Assembly: GCA_965116475.1 (NCBI GenBank)
Contig: OZ220691.1
Location: 3,296,001 to 3,360,000 of the forward strand
Source: Gemmatimonadota bacterium
GTDB lineage: Bacteria; Gemmatimonadota; Gemmatimonadetes; Palauibacterales; Palauibacteraceae
Length of the DNA: 64,000 nt
Direction of reading: 5' to 3'
Notes under the pieces: generated by a model
Databases searched by the model: none
Told to the model about the DNA's origin: nothing
The model's input: the letters and a program-made list of their open reading frames with translations, nothing else
Shown: positions 22,426 through 32,573 of the stretch, in pieces
Layout of the letters: each line of letters opens with the position of its first letter
Position numbering within the stretch: the first letter of the stretch is position 1
Program-made: the position numbers and the translations under genes

Positions 22426-23430
22426 CTACGCGGCCGTACGGAAGGGGACGCGGCGGCCCGCCGCATCGAGGCGGTCGACGCCGTTCCCGCCGCTCCAGCC
22501 GCTCCGGCCATCCGCGGCCCGGTCGATGCGGTGGCCGGCGTCGAGGAGGACGCAGGGGTCGGGAGCGAAGCGGGCCGTGAGTCGCGCGCCGCGCGTCCGA
22601 TCGTCCAGCGCGAGCCGGGCGGAGGCGTGCGGCAGCGCGACGAGCCCCTCGGCAATCCCGAGCCCCGCGTCGAACACCTCGGGATGGCCCTCGCCCCACG
22701 GCGGCCGGTCGTGAAAGAGCACGACGCGCTCCGTCAGCACCATGGCGCCGGCCGACCGGCCGATCAGCGGGCGGCCGTCCAGGAGCTGCCGTCCGCCGAA
22801 CAGGCGCAGGCGGCTGAGCAGGTTCCCGACATGCCCGCCCTCGAGCACGATCGCCTCCGCGTCCTCGAGGCGCGCGTCCACCTCGCGTCGCTGCCATCGC
22901 ACGGCATCGCGCTCGGGGGGCGTCATGCGGCGCTCGAACTCCGACCGGATCTCGGTCACGCGGTCCAGGTGCCGCGCATCGAGGCGCCGAATGGCCTCGA
23001 GGGCTTCGCCGCGCTCGGCTCGAAGCACCGACTCGTCGCCCCGCAGTTCGGCCAGCCGCCGGTGCGTCTCGATGAGACCGTGGAGGCGCAGATTGTAGGC
23101 GCGTCGGAGCGTCCCGAGCCGGTCCCGCACCTCCCGGTGCGCACGCGCAAGTTCCGCGTCCGCTTCGGCGACCCTGTCCGAGCGCCGATAGAGTTCAAGA
23201 TCCACGACGCGGTCCGCGAGGCGGGGATCGATGAGCCCCTCGTTCGCTTCCCGGTCGCGCCACCCGGCGGTGATGGCCGCGATCCGCGCGCCGGGCGACA
23301 GCGCGCCCGAGGCCTCCAGTTCCCGCACCACGTCCGGGAGCGCAAGGCCGCCCCCTCGCGGACCGAGGAGGACGAGCGGCGGCCGGGACTCGGCGTCGGC
23401 AGTGGCCCGGCGCCTTCTCGCCACCCTCAT
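22426..23430 (-). CDS. Peptidase S51 (cyanophycinase / dipeptidase E-like) protein
   Basis: ITAGW, IVLEGGHV, nucleophile GRSAGAM, LPHA. Confidence 0.8.
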   Translation of the reverse strand: MRVARRRRATADAESRPPLVLLGPRGGGLALPDVVRELEASGALSPGARIAAITAGWRDREANEGLIDPRLADRVVDLELYRRSDRVAEADAELARAHREVRDRLGTLRRAYNLRLHGLIETHRRLAELRGDESVLRAERGEALEAIRRLDARHLDRVTEIRSEFERRMTPPERDAVRWQRREVDARLEDAEAIVLEGGHVGNLLSRLRLFGGRQLLDGRPLIGRSAGAMVLTERVVLFHDRPPWGEGHPEVFDAGLGIAEGLVALPHASARLALDDRTRGARLTARFAPDPCVLLDAGHRIDRAADGRSGWSGGNGVDRLDAAGRRVPFRTAA

Positions 23431-24650
23431 GCGGCGCGCACTCGCACCCAGCGCCCGACCGCGTCGAGCATGCGGCGCAGTTCGTCGTAGTCCGGGTGCC
23501 GCAGCCGGAGCCAGGCGTTCGCCATGTACCCGGCCTCCACCGGCTGGGTCGGCGTGCCGAGCGGCGGCAGATGCGTGTCGATGATCCACTCCCCGAAACG
23601 GGCTTCCACCTTTTCCAGGCCCTCATACCCCGCGATCCGCCCGTTGTTGTCGGGCCGCAGCGTCACGATCCCCGCGGAGTAGCGGCGCGACGCGTCCCGC
23701 AGCTTCCGGCCATGCACGATGCAGGCCGCCCATTCGCGGTACACATCGATCTCGTTCGCCGCGCCGTACAGATCCCAGGCCCGCACGCCGGGCGGGCGGC
23801 AACCGATCTCGGAGAACTTGAGTCCCTTCTCTCCGAAGAACCATTCCATGTGGGTGGCGGAGGTCCCGATGTCGAGCGCGTCGATGACCCGCTTGCCGAG
23901 TTCCCGAACCTCCGCGTAGGCGTCGGCGGTGTCGATCCGGTTCGTGGCGATGAACTGGGGCGACACCTCCCGCGTCCGCATCGCCTCGAGCACGTTCGGG
24001 TAGTAGTGGGTCATGAAATCGTGCACCACCGTGCCGGCCACCGTGAGCGTGTCGTAGAAGGCCTCGTGCCCGTCCACGAACTCCTCGACGGCGACTTCGG
24101 CGCCATGCCCCACGCCGAGGCGCGGGAGCAGCGCCGCGAGTTGCGCCTCATCTTCGACCCGATACGTGCCCGAGGCGCCGGCCCCGGCGCGAGGCTTGAC
24201 GATGAGCGGATAACCCACCTTCCGGCCGAACCCCGCGATCTCCTCCGCGTCGCCTCCACCCATGGACTGGGCGGTCGCGATTCCCGCCGCGCGAAGGGCG
24301 TCCTTCATCGCCGGCTTGTCCCGGCACAGGTGCGCGGTCCGCACCGAAGTCCCGGCCAGCCCCGCGCCCTCCCGGACGCGGGCGACCGGGAGGATGTGGG
24401 CTTCGACCGTGGCCTCGAGGCGATCCACGGGCCGCCGGCGGTGGATTTCGTGAACGGCGTGGGCGAGCGCGCCCTCGTCGCACACGGAGCCGACCTGCTC
24501 GTAGCAGGCGAGCCACCCGTGCAGGTCGGAGCCCAGCGCCTCCGGCGGCGCTTCGCCCACCGCAGACACTTCGGCGCCGACTTCGCGCAGGCCGCGCACG
24601 AAGTCCTTCTGGTTTCCGGGAAACAGGGGTTCGACGAATACGACGTGCAT
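23427..24650 (-). CDS. ATP-grasp ligase (L-amino-acid-ligase-like), paralog 1
   Basis: CRDKPAMK, GYPLIVKPRAGAGA, VEEFVDG, HMEWF, SEIGCRPPG. Confidence 0.9.
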   Translation of the reverse strand: MHVVFVEPLFPGNQKDFVRGLREVGAEVSAVGEAPPEALGSDLHGWLACYEQVGSVCDEGALAHAVHEIHRRRPVDRLEATVEAHILPVARVREGAGLAGTSVRTAHLCRDKPAMKDALRAAGIATAQSMGGGDAEEIAGFGRKVGYPLIVKPRAGAGASGTYRVEDEAQLAALLPRLGVGHGAEVAVEEFVDGHEAFYDTLTVAGTVVHDFMTHYYPNVLEAMRTREVSPQFIATNRIDTADAYAEVRELGKRVIDALDIGTSATHMEWFFGEKGLKFSEIGCRPPGVRAWDLYGAANEIDVYREWAACIVHGRKLRDASRRYSAGIVTLRPDNNGRIAGYEGLEKVEARFGEWIIDTHLPPLGTPTQPVEAGYMANAWLRLRHPDYDELRRMLDAVGRWVRVRAA

Positions 24651-24774
24651 TACTTCGCCAGCGACTCGGGGGAAAAACTTCACTTTGGGGGCCCGACATA
24701 GTACAGTCCCTGCTCTCGAACGCCAGCCCGTCCGGCGGCGGCCGTCCGGCCCGTCGCGGCAACCCGGAAGGTCC

Positions 24775-25998
24775 ATGCCCAACGTCGCATTCGTCGCCCC
24801 GTTCTATCTCCCTGCCACGCTGCGTTTTCTGGAAGCCGCCGCGGGGCTGGACGGGGTGCGCCTCGGGGTCGTGACGCAGGAACCGCTCGAACGCACGCCC
24901 CCCTCGCTGCGGCGGCGCATCGCCGCGCACGTCCGCGTCGACGATGCGCTGTCGCCGGAGGGCATCCACACGGGGCTCCGCCGGCTCTCCTCCGAACTCG
25001 GCGGGGTCGACCGCCTCCTGGGCGCGCTCGAGGAGCTTCAGGTGCCGCTCGGAGAACTGCGCGACGCCCTCGGCATCGAGGGAATGGGCGCGGAGGCCGC
25101 GCGCAACTTCCGCGACAAGTCCCGCATGAAGGACGTTCTCCGGGCGCACGGCCTGCCCTGTGCCCGGCACGCGCTGGTCCGGGACGGGGACGAGGCGGCG
25201 GCTTTCTCGGACGCGACGGGCTTTCCGCTCATCGTGAAGCCGCCGGCCGGCTCCGGCGCCCGCGGCACGTTCCGCGTCGAAACGCCGGAGCAGTTGCGCA
25301 CGGCGATCGCGATGTCGCGGCCGAGCGCCGAGCGGCCGACGCTCATCGAGGAGTTCGTCGTCGGCGAAGAACACTCCTTCGATGCGGTCTCGATCGGCGG
25401 ACGCCTCATCTGGCATTCGATCAACCACTACCTGCCGTCACCGCTCGAGGTGCTGCGCGAGCCGTGGATCCAGTGGTGCGTCCTCCTCCCGCGGGAGGTC
25501 GATTCGCCCCGGTACGAGGAGATCCGGCGCGTCGCCGGCCCCGCGCTCGATGCGCTCGGGATGGAGACGGGGCTGAGCCACATGGAGTGGTTCCGGCGGC
25601 CCGACGGCTCGGTCGCGATCTCCGAAGTCGGGGCGCGGCCGCCCGGCGCCCAGTTCGTCACGCTGATCTCGCAGGCGCACGATTTCGACCTCTACCGCGC
25701 CTGGGCCCGCCTCCTCGTCTTCGGCGAGTTCGACCCGCCGCCCCGCCCCTACGCGGCCGGCGCGGCCTATCTCCGGGGACAGGGCCGGGGCGCCGTGCGG
25801 CGGGTCGCCGGCATCGAGGAGATCGCAAACGAACTCGGGCCGCTCTGCGTCGAATGGCGCCTCCCCCGCGCGGGACAGGCACAGAGCGCGTCCTACGAGG
25901 GAGAGGGCTACATCATCGTCCGCCACCCGCGCTCGGAGGTCGTCGAGGAGGCGCTGGGGCGGATCATCACCCGCGTCCAGGTGGAACTCGCCACGTAA
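24775..25998 (+). CDS. ATP-grasp ligase, paralog 2
   Basis: FRDKSRMK, GFPLIVKPPAGSGA, IEEFVVG, HMEWF, SEVGARPPG. Confidence 0.9.
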   Translation: MPNVAFVAPFYLPATLRFLEAAAGLDGVRLGVVTQEPLERTPPSLRRRIAAHVRVDDALSPEGIHTGLRRLSSELGGVDRLLGALEELQVPLGELRDALGIEGMGAEAARNFRDKSRMKDVLRAHGLPCARHALVRDGDEAAAFSDATGFPLIVKPPAGSGARGTFRVETPEQLRTAIAMSRPSAERPTLIEEFVVGEEHSFDAVSIGGRLIWHSINHYLPSPLEVLREPWIQWCVLLPREVDSPRYEEIRRVAGPALDALGMETGLSHMEWFRRPDGSVAISEVGARPPGAQFVTLISQAHDFDLYRAWARLLVFGEFDPPPRPYAAGAAYLRGQGRGAVRRVAGIEEIANELGPLCVEWRLPRAGQAQSASYEGEGYIIVRHPRSEVVEEALGRIITRVQVELAT

Positions 25999-26029
25999 CG
26001 GCATAACCCAACGGCACCATGACGGAACC

Positions 26030-27247
26030 ATGAACGTATTGATGATTTCGCCGGGCTACCCGGCCGAGATGACGTATTTCACGCGCGGGCTCGCGCAGGT
26101 GGGCGCCACCGTCATCGGCCTGGGGGACCAGCCCGTGTCGGCGCTGCCCGAGATCGCCCGGGCGAGCGTGTCCCACCACCTCCAGGTGAGGTCGCTGGCG
26201 GATGAGGCGGACGTGATGCGGCAGGTTGCCGCGCTCGCCGCGAGCACCCGGATCGACCGCGTGGAGTGCCTGTGGGAACCCTTCATGATCCTCGCCGCGC
26301 GGCTGCGGGAGATGCTGGAGCTGCCGGGGCCGACCGTCGAGCAGACGCTCCCCTTCCGCGACAAGGAAGTGATGAAGGACGTGCTCGACGGCGCCGGTAT
26401 CCGGACGCCGCGTCACGGGAGGGCCACGAGCAGCGCCGAGTGCCGCGAGGTCGCCGAGCGCGTCGGCTTCCCGCTCATCGTGAAGCCGGTCGACGGCGCC
26501 GGCTCGGCAGACACGCACCGGGCCGATTCGGCGCGCGACCTCGAGCGGATCCTTCCCGCCCTCCGGCACGTCCCGCAGGTCACGGTCGAGGAGTTCATCG
26601 AGGGCGAGGACATGACCTTCGACACGGTCACGGTCGGAGGCGCCGTCGCGCACTACAACATCTGCCGCTACTGGCCCCGAGCGCTCGAGTCGAAGACGCA
26701 CGAGTGGCTCAGCCCCATCACGTACGCGCTGCGCGACGTGGAGGCGGATGATGTCGCCGCCGGTCGCGAGATGGGGTTCGCCGTGCTCGCCGCGCTCGGG
26801 TTCGAGACTGGCTACACGCACATGGAGTGGTACCGGACGGCGGACGGGGAGGCCGTGTTCGGCGAAATCGCCGCGCGGCCGCCCGGCGTGCGGACAGTCG
26901 ACCTCATCAACTTCGCGAGCGACATCGACACCTATCGCGGGTGGGCCGAAGGCGTGGTACACGCGACGTGGTCGCAGCCGGTGGAACGGAAATACAACGC
27001 CTGTTGGATCGTCAAGCGGGCGCGCGGGCATGGCCGGATCCAGCGCATCGAAGGACTCGCCCCCCTGCTCCAGGAGTACGGCGAGCGCGTGTGCAGCCTG
27101 GATCTGCTTCCGGTCGGGTCGCCCCGGCGGAACTGGCAGGCCACGCTCGTCTCCGACGGGATGATCTTCCTCCGCCACCCGGACCTCGACGCGCTGGAGA
27201 TGATCGCCGGCGAATTCGCGACCCGCCTGCAACTCTACGCCGCCTAG
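26030..27247 (+). CDS. ATP-grasp ligase, paralog 3
   Basis: FRDKEVMK, GFPLIVKPVDGAGS, VEEFIEG, HMEWY, GEIAARPPG. Confidence 0.9.
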   Translation: MNVLMISPGYPAEMTYFTRGLAQVGATVIGLGDQPVSALPEIARASVSHHLQVRSLADEADVMRQVAALAASTRIDRVECLWEPFMILAARLREMLELPGPTVEQTLPFRDKEVMKDVLDGAGIRTPRHGRATSSAECREVAERVGFPLIVKPVDGAGSADTHRADSARDLERILPALRHVPQVTVEEFIEGEDMTFDTVTVGGAVAHYNICRYWPRALESKTHEWLSPITYALRDVEADDVAAGREMGFAVLAALGFETGYTHMEWYRTADGEAVFGEIAARPPGVRTVDLINFASDIDTYRGWAEGVVHATWSQPVERKYNACWIVKRARGHGRIQRIEGLAPLLQEYGERVCSLDLLPVGSPRRNWQATLVSDGMIFLRHPDLDALEMIAGEFATRLQLYAA

Positions 27248-27306
27248 CGGTCCGCGCTCGGGGGCAGGCGCTCAACCGGCGGCGGCGTTCCGGGCGCCCG
27301 GGGGCG

Positions 27307-29463
27307 TCAGTCGTTGCCGCGCAGTGACGGGACGTAGTAGTCGCGCGCGTAGTCCCGCACCATGCGGGCCGCGGTGAATCGGGCGCCGGCGACCTCGATC
27401 GCCCGCCGCGCATGTGCGAGCCAGCCCGCCGGGACGTCATCCCCGGAACCCGCGCCGGAGCGGTCGTAGTAGCGGGGGACGACCTCCTCCTCCAGGAGCC
27501 GGAAGAGGTGCCCGGCGTCGTGTTCGTCCACCTCCTCCTCGCTCGCCGTGGCGGGGGCGGGCGGGATGATCCAGCCGTTGTCGCCCTCGAACCCCTCCTC
27601 CCACCAGCCGTCCGCGGTCGCGAGTTGGGGGACGCCGTTGAGGGCCGCCTTCATCCCGCTCGTCCCGCTCGCTTCCAGCGGGATCCGCGGGAGGTTGAGC
27701 CACAGGTCGACGCCCTCGACGAGGCCGTGCGCCGCATGGAGTCCGTAGTTCTCGACGAAGGCGACCCTGCCCTCGAACTCCGGATCGCGCGTATGCTCGT
27801 ACACGCGCTGGAGGACGCGCTTGCCGTCGTCGTCCCGCGGGTGCGCCTTCCCGGCGAAGATCAGCTGCACGGGGCGGGCGGGGTCGGAGAGAAGCGCGTG
27901 GAGGCGGTCGCGGTCGCGGAAGATGAGGTCCGCGCGCTTGTAGGTCGCGAAGCGCCGCGCGAACCCGATCGTGAGCGGCTCGGGGCTCATGAGCGTGCCG
28001 GCTCCGGCGAGGTGCGCCGATTCCGGCCAGTGGTCCGGCCACCGGCGGCGAGCCTCGTCCCGCATGAGATCGAGGAGCCGGAGTTTCAGCCGGCGCCGCA
28101 CGCGCCACAGCGCCTCGACAGGCACATCGCGCACCGCGCGCCACATGGCTTCATCGCCCGGACAGTGCCGCCACCCGGCGGGGAGCCATTCGTCCAGGAG
28201 ATCCGCGATGTCGTCGCTCATCCACGTGGCGAGGTGGACCCCGTTCGTCACGTGCCCGATCGGCACCTCCGCGGCCGCCCGGCCCTCCCACAGGCCGCGC
28301 CAGATTTCCCGGCTCACGCGCCCGTGCCGCGCGGAAACGCCGTTGACTCGCCGCGACAACCGGATCGCCGCCGCCGTCATGTGAAACCGGTCCTGCGCCT
28401 CGTCGTCCGGGTGGAGACCGAGTCCGAGCAACTCCTCGCGGTGCGCGATCTCCTCCCAGAACGTCTCGCCGATCCATTCCCGCATCTGCGCGTGGGAGAA
28501 CACGTCGTGGCCCGCGGAGACGGGCGTGTGCGTCGTGAAGACCGTCGACGCGCGGACCCGGGACACCGCGCCCGCGAAGGACAGGCCGTCGCGCATCAGC
28601 CGGCGCACGCGCTCCACCATCATGAACGCCGCGTGTCCCTCGTTCGCGTGCCACGCCCCGGGCTCGACCCCGAGCGCGGCGAGCACGCGCACGCCGCCGA
28701 CGCCGAGGATCGCCTCCTGCCGCAGCCGGTGATCCGCGCCGCCGGCGTAGAGCTGGTGGGAGAGGCCCCGGTCGGCGGGATCGTTCTCCTCGAGGTCCGT
28801 GTCGAGGAGGTACAGCGAGACGCTCCCGACCCGCAGTCTCCAGCCCCCGATATGGATGCGGCGCCCGCCGCCCTGGATCGAGGCGAGCCAGGGGACGCCG
28901 TCCGCGCCGCGCAGCCGCTCCAGCGGCGTCAGGTCGGGGTCGAGCGGGTCGTCCGCGTCTTCCTGCCAGCCGTCCGGCCCCAGCGTCTGGTCGAAGTAGC
29001 CGTGCGCGTACATCAACCCGACGCCGACGAGGGGGACGCCCAGTTCGGACGCCGCCTTGAGATGGTCCCCGGCGAGCACGCCGAGCCCCCCGGAGTAGAT
29101 CGGGATGGACTCGTGCAACGCGAATTCCGCGCAGAAGTACGCCACGGGGCGGCCGCGGAGCGCGGGATGGCGCGCTTCGAACCAGGTCGGGGCGGCGTCC
29201 GCCGCATCACGCCAGGCGTCAAGCGCCGCGTCGTACCTCCGCAGGAAGACGGCATCTTCGGCCAGGCTGTGAAGGCGCCCGTCTCCGACGGTCCGCAGCA
29301 GCGCCACGGGGTTGTGGCGGGTACGGCGCCAGAGCGGCGGGTCGATGGCCCGGAAGAGGGCCGGGGCCGCCGGGTTCCACGTCCACGAGAGGTCGTTGGC
29401 GAGTTCCCACAGCCGTCCGATCCGGCCGGGGATCTTGTTGTCTGGACCCACGTGCCGCTTCAT
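27307..29463 (-). CDS. glgP: Alpha-glucan (glycogen) phosphorylase
   Basis: YSGGLGVLAGDHLK, NEGHAAF, ARRFATYKR, EASGTSGMKAA PLP site. Confidence 0.95.
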   Translation of the reverse strand: MKRHVGPDNKIPGRIGRLWELANDLSWTWNPAAPALFRAIDPPLWRRTRHNPVALLRTVGDGRLHSLAEDAVFLRRYDAALDAWRDAADAAPTWFEARHPALRGRPVAYFCAEFALHESIPIYSGGLGVLAGDHLKAASELGVPLVGVGLMYAHGYFDQTLGPDGWQEDADDPLDPDLTPLERLRGADGVPWLASIQGGGRRIHIGGWRLRVGSVSLYLLDTDLEENDPADRGLSHQLYAGGADHRLRQEAILGVGGVRVLAALGVEPGAWHANEGHAAFMMVERVRRLMRDGLSFAGAVSRVRASTVFTTHTPVSAGHDVFSHAQMREWIGETFWEEIAHREELLGLGLHPDDEAQDRFHMTAAAIRLSRRVNGVSARHGRVSREIWRGLWEGRAAAEVPIGHVTNGVHLATWMSDDIADLLDEWLPAGWRHCPGDEAMWRAVRDVPVEALWRVRRRLKLRLLDLMRDEARRRWPDHWPESAHLAGAGTLMSPEPLTIGFARRFATYKRADLIFRDRDRLHALLSDPARPVQLIFAGKAHPRDDDGKRVLQRVYEHTRDPEFEGRVAFVENYGLHAAHGLVEGVDLWLNLPRIPLEASGTSGMKAALNGVPQLATADGWWEEGFEGDNGWIIPPAPATASEEEVDEHDAGHLFRLLEEEVVPRYYDRSGAGSGDDVPAGWLAHARRAIEVAGARFTAARMVRDYARDYYVPSLRGND

Positions 29464-29718
29464 CTCCTTGCTTCCAAGGGGTGCTCGTCGCTGCCGAAGG
29501 TTGGGCCGCAGCGGGCCCCCGGTGTCGATACCAGGCGCCCGGAGCGCGAACGAAGTTACCGTACCGTGACCCGCGCCACACACCCCGGCGCCGCCGCCTT
29601 TTGCGACCCCGACCGGCCCCGCCGCGTCCGGCCAACCGTTGCAGCCTCAGCGGCACGGGGCCAAACTCAGCCACCTCTCCGGGACACGACACTCACCCGC
29701 CGCTAACGGGGACAACGC

Positions 29719-31416
29719 ATGGACTTCGCCACAGTCGTAGACTGGCTCGACCGCAACATCGCGCAGTTCGGGATCACGATCGGAGGAGAGCGCCTGACGC
29801 TTCAGGTGCTGCTTCTCCTCGGCATCGGGACCTACCTCACCCTCCGGCTCGGCCTGCCGCAGATCCGCAAGTTCGCGCACGGCGTCGCGGTGGCCACGGG
29901 CCGGTACGACGACCCGAACGATCCGGGCGACGTGTCGCACTTCCAGGCGCTCACCACCGCGCTCAGCGCGACGGTGGGCATCGGGAACATCGCCGGCGCC
30001 GCGATCGCCATCCACCTCGGGGGTCCGGGGGCGCTGTTCTGGATGTGGATGACGGCCTTCCTCGGCATGGCGACGAAGTACAGCGAGGTCACGCTGGCGC
30101 AGAAGTACCGCGAGGTCGACGAGTCGTCGGCGAAGTACAGCGGGACAGTGTCGGGCGGACCGATGTACTACATCGAGAAGGGGCTGGGCCCGCGCTGGAA
30201 GCCCGTGGCGGCCTTCTTCGCCGTTATGCTGGGACTGACGGCGTTCATGACCGGCAACGCCAACCAGGCGAATACGGTGGCGGACGCGATGCTGGCCGAG
30301 TTCGGGATCGCCAAGTGGATCACCGGCCTCACGACCTCCACGATCGTCGCGCTCGTGATCCTGGGCGGCATCAAGCGCATCGGCCGCGTGACCAGTATCC
30401 TGGCTCCGTTCATGGCGATCGTCTACGTGACCGCCGCCATGATCATCATCATCCTGAACCTCGACCAGGTGCCGGGGACCTTCGCGATCATCTTCCGCGA
30501 GGCCTTCAATCCGACGGCCGGCGTGGCGGGCACCGGCGTCGGCGCCTTCCTCGTCACGCTCATGTGGGGCGTGCGGCGCGGGCTGTTCTCGAACGAGGCG
30601 GGGCAGGGCTCCGCGCCGATCGCGCACGCGGCGGCGAAGACGGACGAGCCGGTCTCCGAGGGCGTCGTCGCCCTGCTCGAGCCGTTCATCGACACGATCG
30701 TCATCGTCACGATGACCGCGCTCGTCGTGATCATGACCGGCGCCTGGAACTCGCAGGTCCTCACCGCGATCCAGCTCGAAGGCGGGGACATCAGCTACGT
30801 GGTCCTCGACGAGGGCGGCAGCTCGGTGCCGACGGATCCCACGGGAACGATCCGCTACACGCTGGGACGGCCCGGCGTGACGAGCGAGCCGCACCTCGCG
30901 TGGCACGAGGTCTCCGTGCCGCAGCTGTTCGAGGACGAGGCGCAGACGCAGCCGTTCAGCGGAGCCGTCGATCCGGCGCGGGCCGTCGCGATCGCCGACG
31001 ACGGGCGGGAACTTGCCGTCCTCTACGGGCAGGCCTACGAGACCGGCGCGCCGCTGACGCAGATGGGGTTCCAGCGCGGCCTGTCGCCGCTCGGCGACTG
31101 GGGCCACTACATCGTGATCTTCTCCGTCTTCCTGTTCGCGATCTCGACGGCGATCTCATGGAGCTACTACGGCGACCGCTGCGCCAACTACCTGTTCGGG
31201 CCGAACGCGATCATTCCGTACAAGCTCGTCTTCGTCGCGATGCACTTCGTGGGGGCCGTGCTGCCGCTCGCCGTGGTGTGGTCGCTCGGTGACATCTTCC
31301 TGGCCATCGTCATCATCCCGAACCTGATCGCGCTGATCTTCCTCGCGCCTCAGATCAAGGAGTTGACGGAGTCCTACTTCACCCGCAGCCCCTGGCAGCG
31401 GCACCGCAAGCACTAG
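29719..31416 (+). CDS. Alanine/glycine:cation symporter (AGCS)
   Basis: ATVGIGNIAG, GGPGALFWMW, GGPMYYI, GLFSNEAGQGS. Confidence 0.93.
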   Translation: MDFATVVDWLDRNIAQFGITIGGERLTLQVLLLLGIGTYLTLRLGLPQIRKFAHGVAVATGRYDDPNDPGDVSHFQALTTALSATVGIGNIAGAAIAIHLGGPGALFWMWMTAFLGMATKYSEVTLAQKYREVDESSAKYSGTVSGGPMYYIEKGLGPRWKPVAAFFAVMLGLTAFMTGNANQANTVADAMLAEFGIAKWITGLTTSTIVALVILGGIKRIGRVTSILAPFMAIVYVTAAMIIIILNLDQVPGTFAIIFREAFNPTAGVAGTGVGAFLVTLMWGVRRGLFSNEAGQGSAPIAHAAAKTDEPVSEGVVALLEPFIDTIVIVTMTALVVIMTGAWNSQVLTAIQLEGGDISYVVLDEGGSSVPTDPTGTIRYTLGRPGVTSEPHLAWHEVSVPQLFEDEAQTQPFSGAVDPARAVAIADDGRELAVLYGQAYETGAPLTQMGFQRGLSPLGDWGHYIVIFSVFLFAISTAISWSYYGDRCANYLFGPNAIIPYKLVFVAMHFVGAVLPLAVVWSLGDIFLAIVIIPNLIALIFLAPQIKELTESYFTRSPWQRHRKH

Positions 31417-31418
31417 CC

Positions 31419-31445
31419 GCCAGCCGCGCCCGATCGGCGGCTGGC
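31419..31445. terminator. GC-rich hairpin between convergent genes
   Basis: GCCAGCCGC ... GCGGCTGGC 9-bp stem, no U-tract. Confidence 0.4.
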
Positions 31446-31473
31446 GCTTCGCCGGGCTGGCGGCGCCGGGCGG

Positions 31474-31965
31474 TCAGCGCTCGGCCGCCAGCCTCCCGGG
31501 CTCGCCGTCCGGGCGCGGGGCGGTCGGGCGGCCAGGGCCCGGAGGCGCGGCGCCTTCGCCCCGGAGGCGCCGTACTCCCTCCACGTACTCGGAGAAGCCG
31601 ATCCGGCCCGACACGTAGCGGCGCTGGAGCCGGGAAAAGATCCGGCTCTCCGCTCCCGTCGCCGCTTCGGCCGGCGCGAAGGCCTCCGTCGTGGGCACTT
31701 CGAGGCGAGGAGGCCGGGTCCGGATGCCGCGCGGCCTCCGGATCCGGACGACGCCCGTCGCGTCGCGGACAAGGCTCTTCACATCGGCCGAGCACTGTCG
31801 CAGAAGATCGGGCCAGGACCTGGACACCGCGGCCATCGCGCGGCTCACCGCGCTGCCCAGGCCGACGAGCAAGCGGTGGAAATCTCCGCGACTCCAATCG
31901 CCGGCGCGCACGCGCCTGCGGTAGATCACGGCGGCGATGCCTCCCAGGAAGACGAGCTCGAACAT
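31474..31965 (-). CDS. Hypothetical protein with N-terminal TM anchor, downstream of PadR
   Basis: MFELVFLGGIAAVIY; SHOCT-like LQRRYVSGRIGFSEY; 3 bp after PadR stop. Confidence 0.65.
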   Translation of the reverse strand: MFELVFLGGIAAVIYRRRVRAGDWSRGDFHRLLVGLGSAVSRAMAAVSRSWPDLLRQCSADVKSLVRDATGVVRIRRPRGIRTRPPRLEVPTTEAFAPAEAATGAESRIFSRLQRRYVSGRIGFSEYVEGVRRLRGEGAAPPGPGRPTAPRPDGEPGRLAAER

Positions 31966-31968
31966 GGC

Positions 31969-32547
31969 TCAACCCTCCCGCGAGGCCGCGGCCCCGGGCT
32001 CCGGCCACGCGGTCTCGATCTCGCGCGCCGCGCGGTCCAGGATCGACTTCACCCTTGCGAGCGTCTCCGGATCGCCCTGTCCGCCCGTCGCCCGCTCGAA
32101 ACTCACCTGGGCGAGGTGGATGAACGAGCGCGTCACGTCGCGCATCGCGGACCCGGCGAAGCGCTCGCCCATGTTGACGAAGCGGCCGAAGATGTCGCGG
32201 GTGCGGGACCGGTGCTCCTCGAGGAAGTCGCGGCCCGATGACGTCAGCCGGTAGACGCGCTTCCCGTCCTCCTGCGTCGACGACACGTACCCCTGGTCCT
32301 CGAGCAGCTGCAGGGTGGGGTAGACGGAGCCCGGGCTGGGCGTGTAGAGGCCGCCGGACTCCTCCTCCAGCCGCCGCATCAGTTCGTAGCCGTGCATGGG
32401 TTCGTCCGAGAGGAGGCGGAGGAGGACGAACTTCAGCTCCCCCTTCCGGACCACGCGCCGGTTCCCGCCGACCCCCCCGCCGAAACGAAACACGCCGGGG
32501 CCGCAACAGTTTGCCCAGGCGCCGAATCCATCCTTGCTGGTGAACAT
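31969..32547 (-). CDS. PadR family transcriptional regulator
   Basis: PMHGYELM, YTPSPGSVYPTLQLLEDQG, KRVYRLT. Confidence 0.95.
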   Translation of the reverse strand: MFTSKDGFGAWANCCGPGVFRFGGGVGGNRRVVRKGELKFVLLRLLSDEPMHGYELMRRLEEESGGLYTPSPGSVYPTLQLLEDQGYVSSTQEDGKRVYRLTSSGRDFLEEHRSRTRDIFGRFVNMGERFAGSAMRDVTRSFIHLAQVSFERATGGQGDPETLARVKSILDRAAREIETAWPEPGAAASREG

Positions 32548-32573
32548 GTATCCCCTCTCGCTTCCGACCGGTC

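Noticed and set aside
23427..27247. ATP-grasp cluster as a graspetide RiPP, D-Ala-D-Ala ligase or biotin carboxylase locus
   Set aside because: No precursor peptide, exporter, cell-wall genes or biotin carrier in the window
29464..29718. Glycine riboswitch ahead of the AGCS transporter
   Set aside because: No GGAGAG...CCGAAG...CTCAGG aptamer core recognisable
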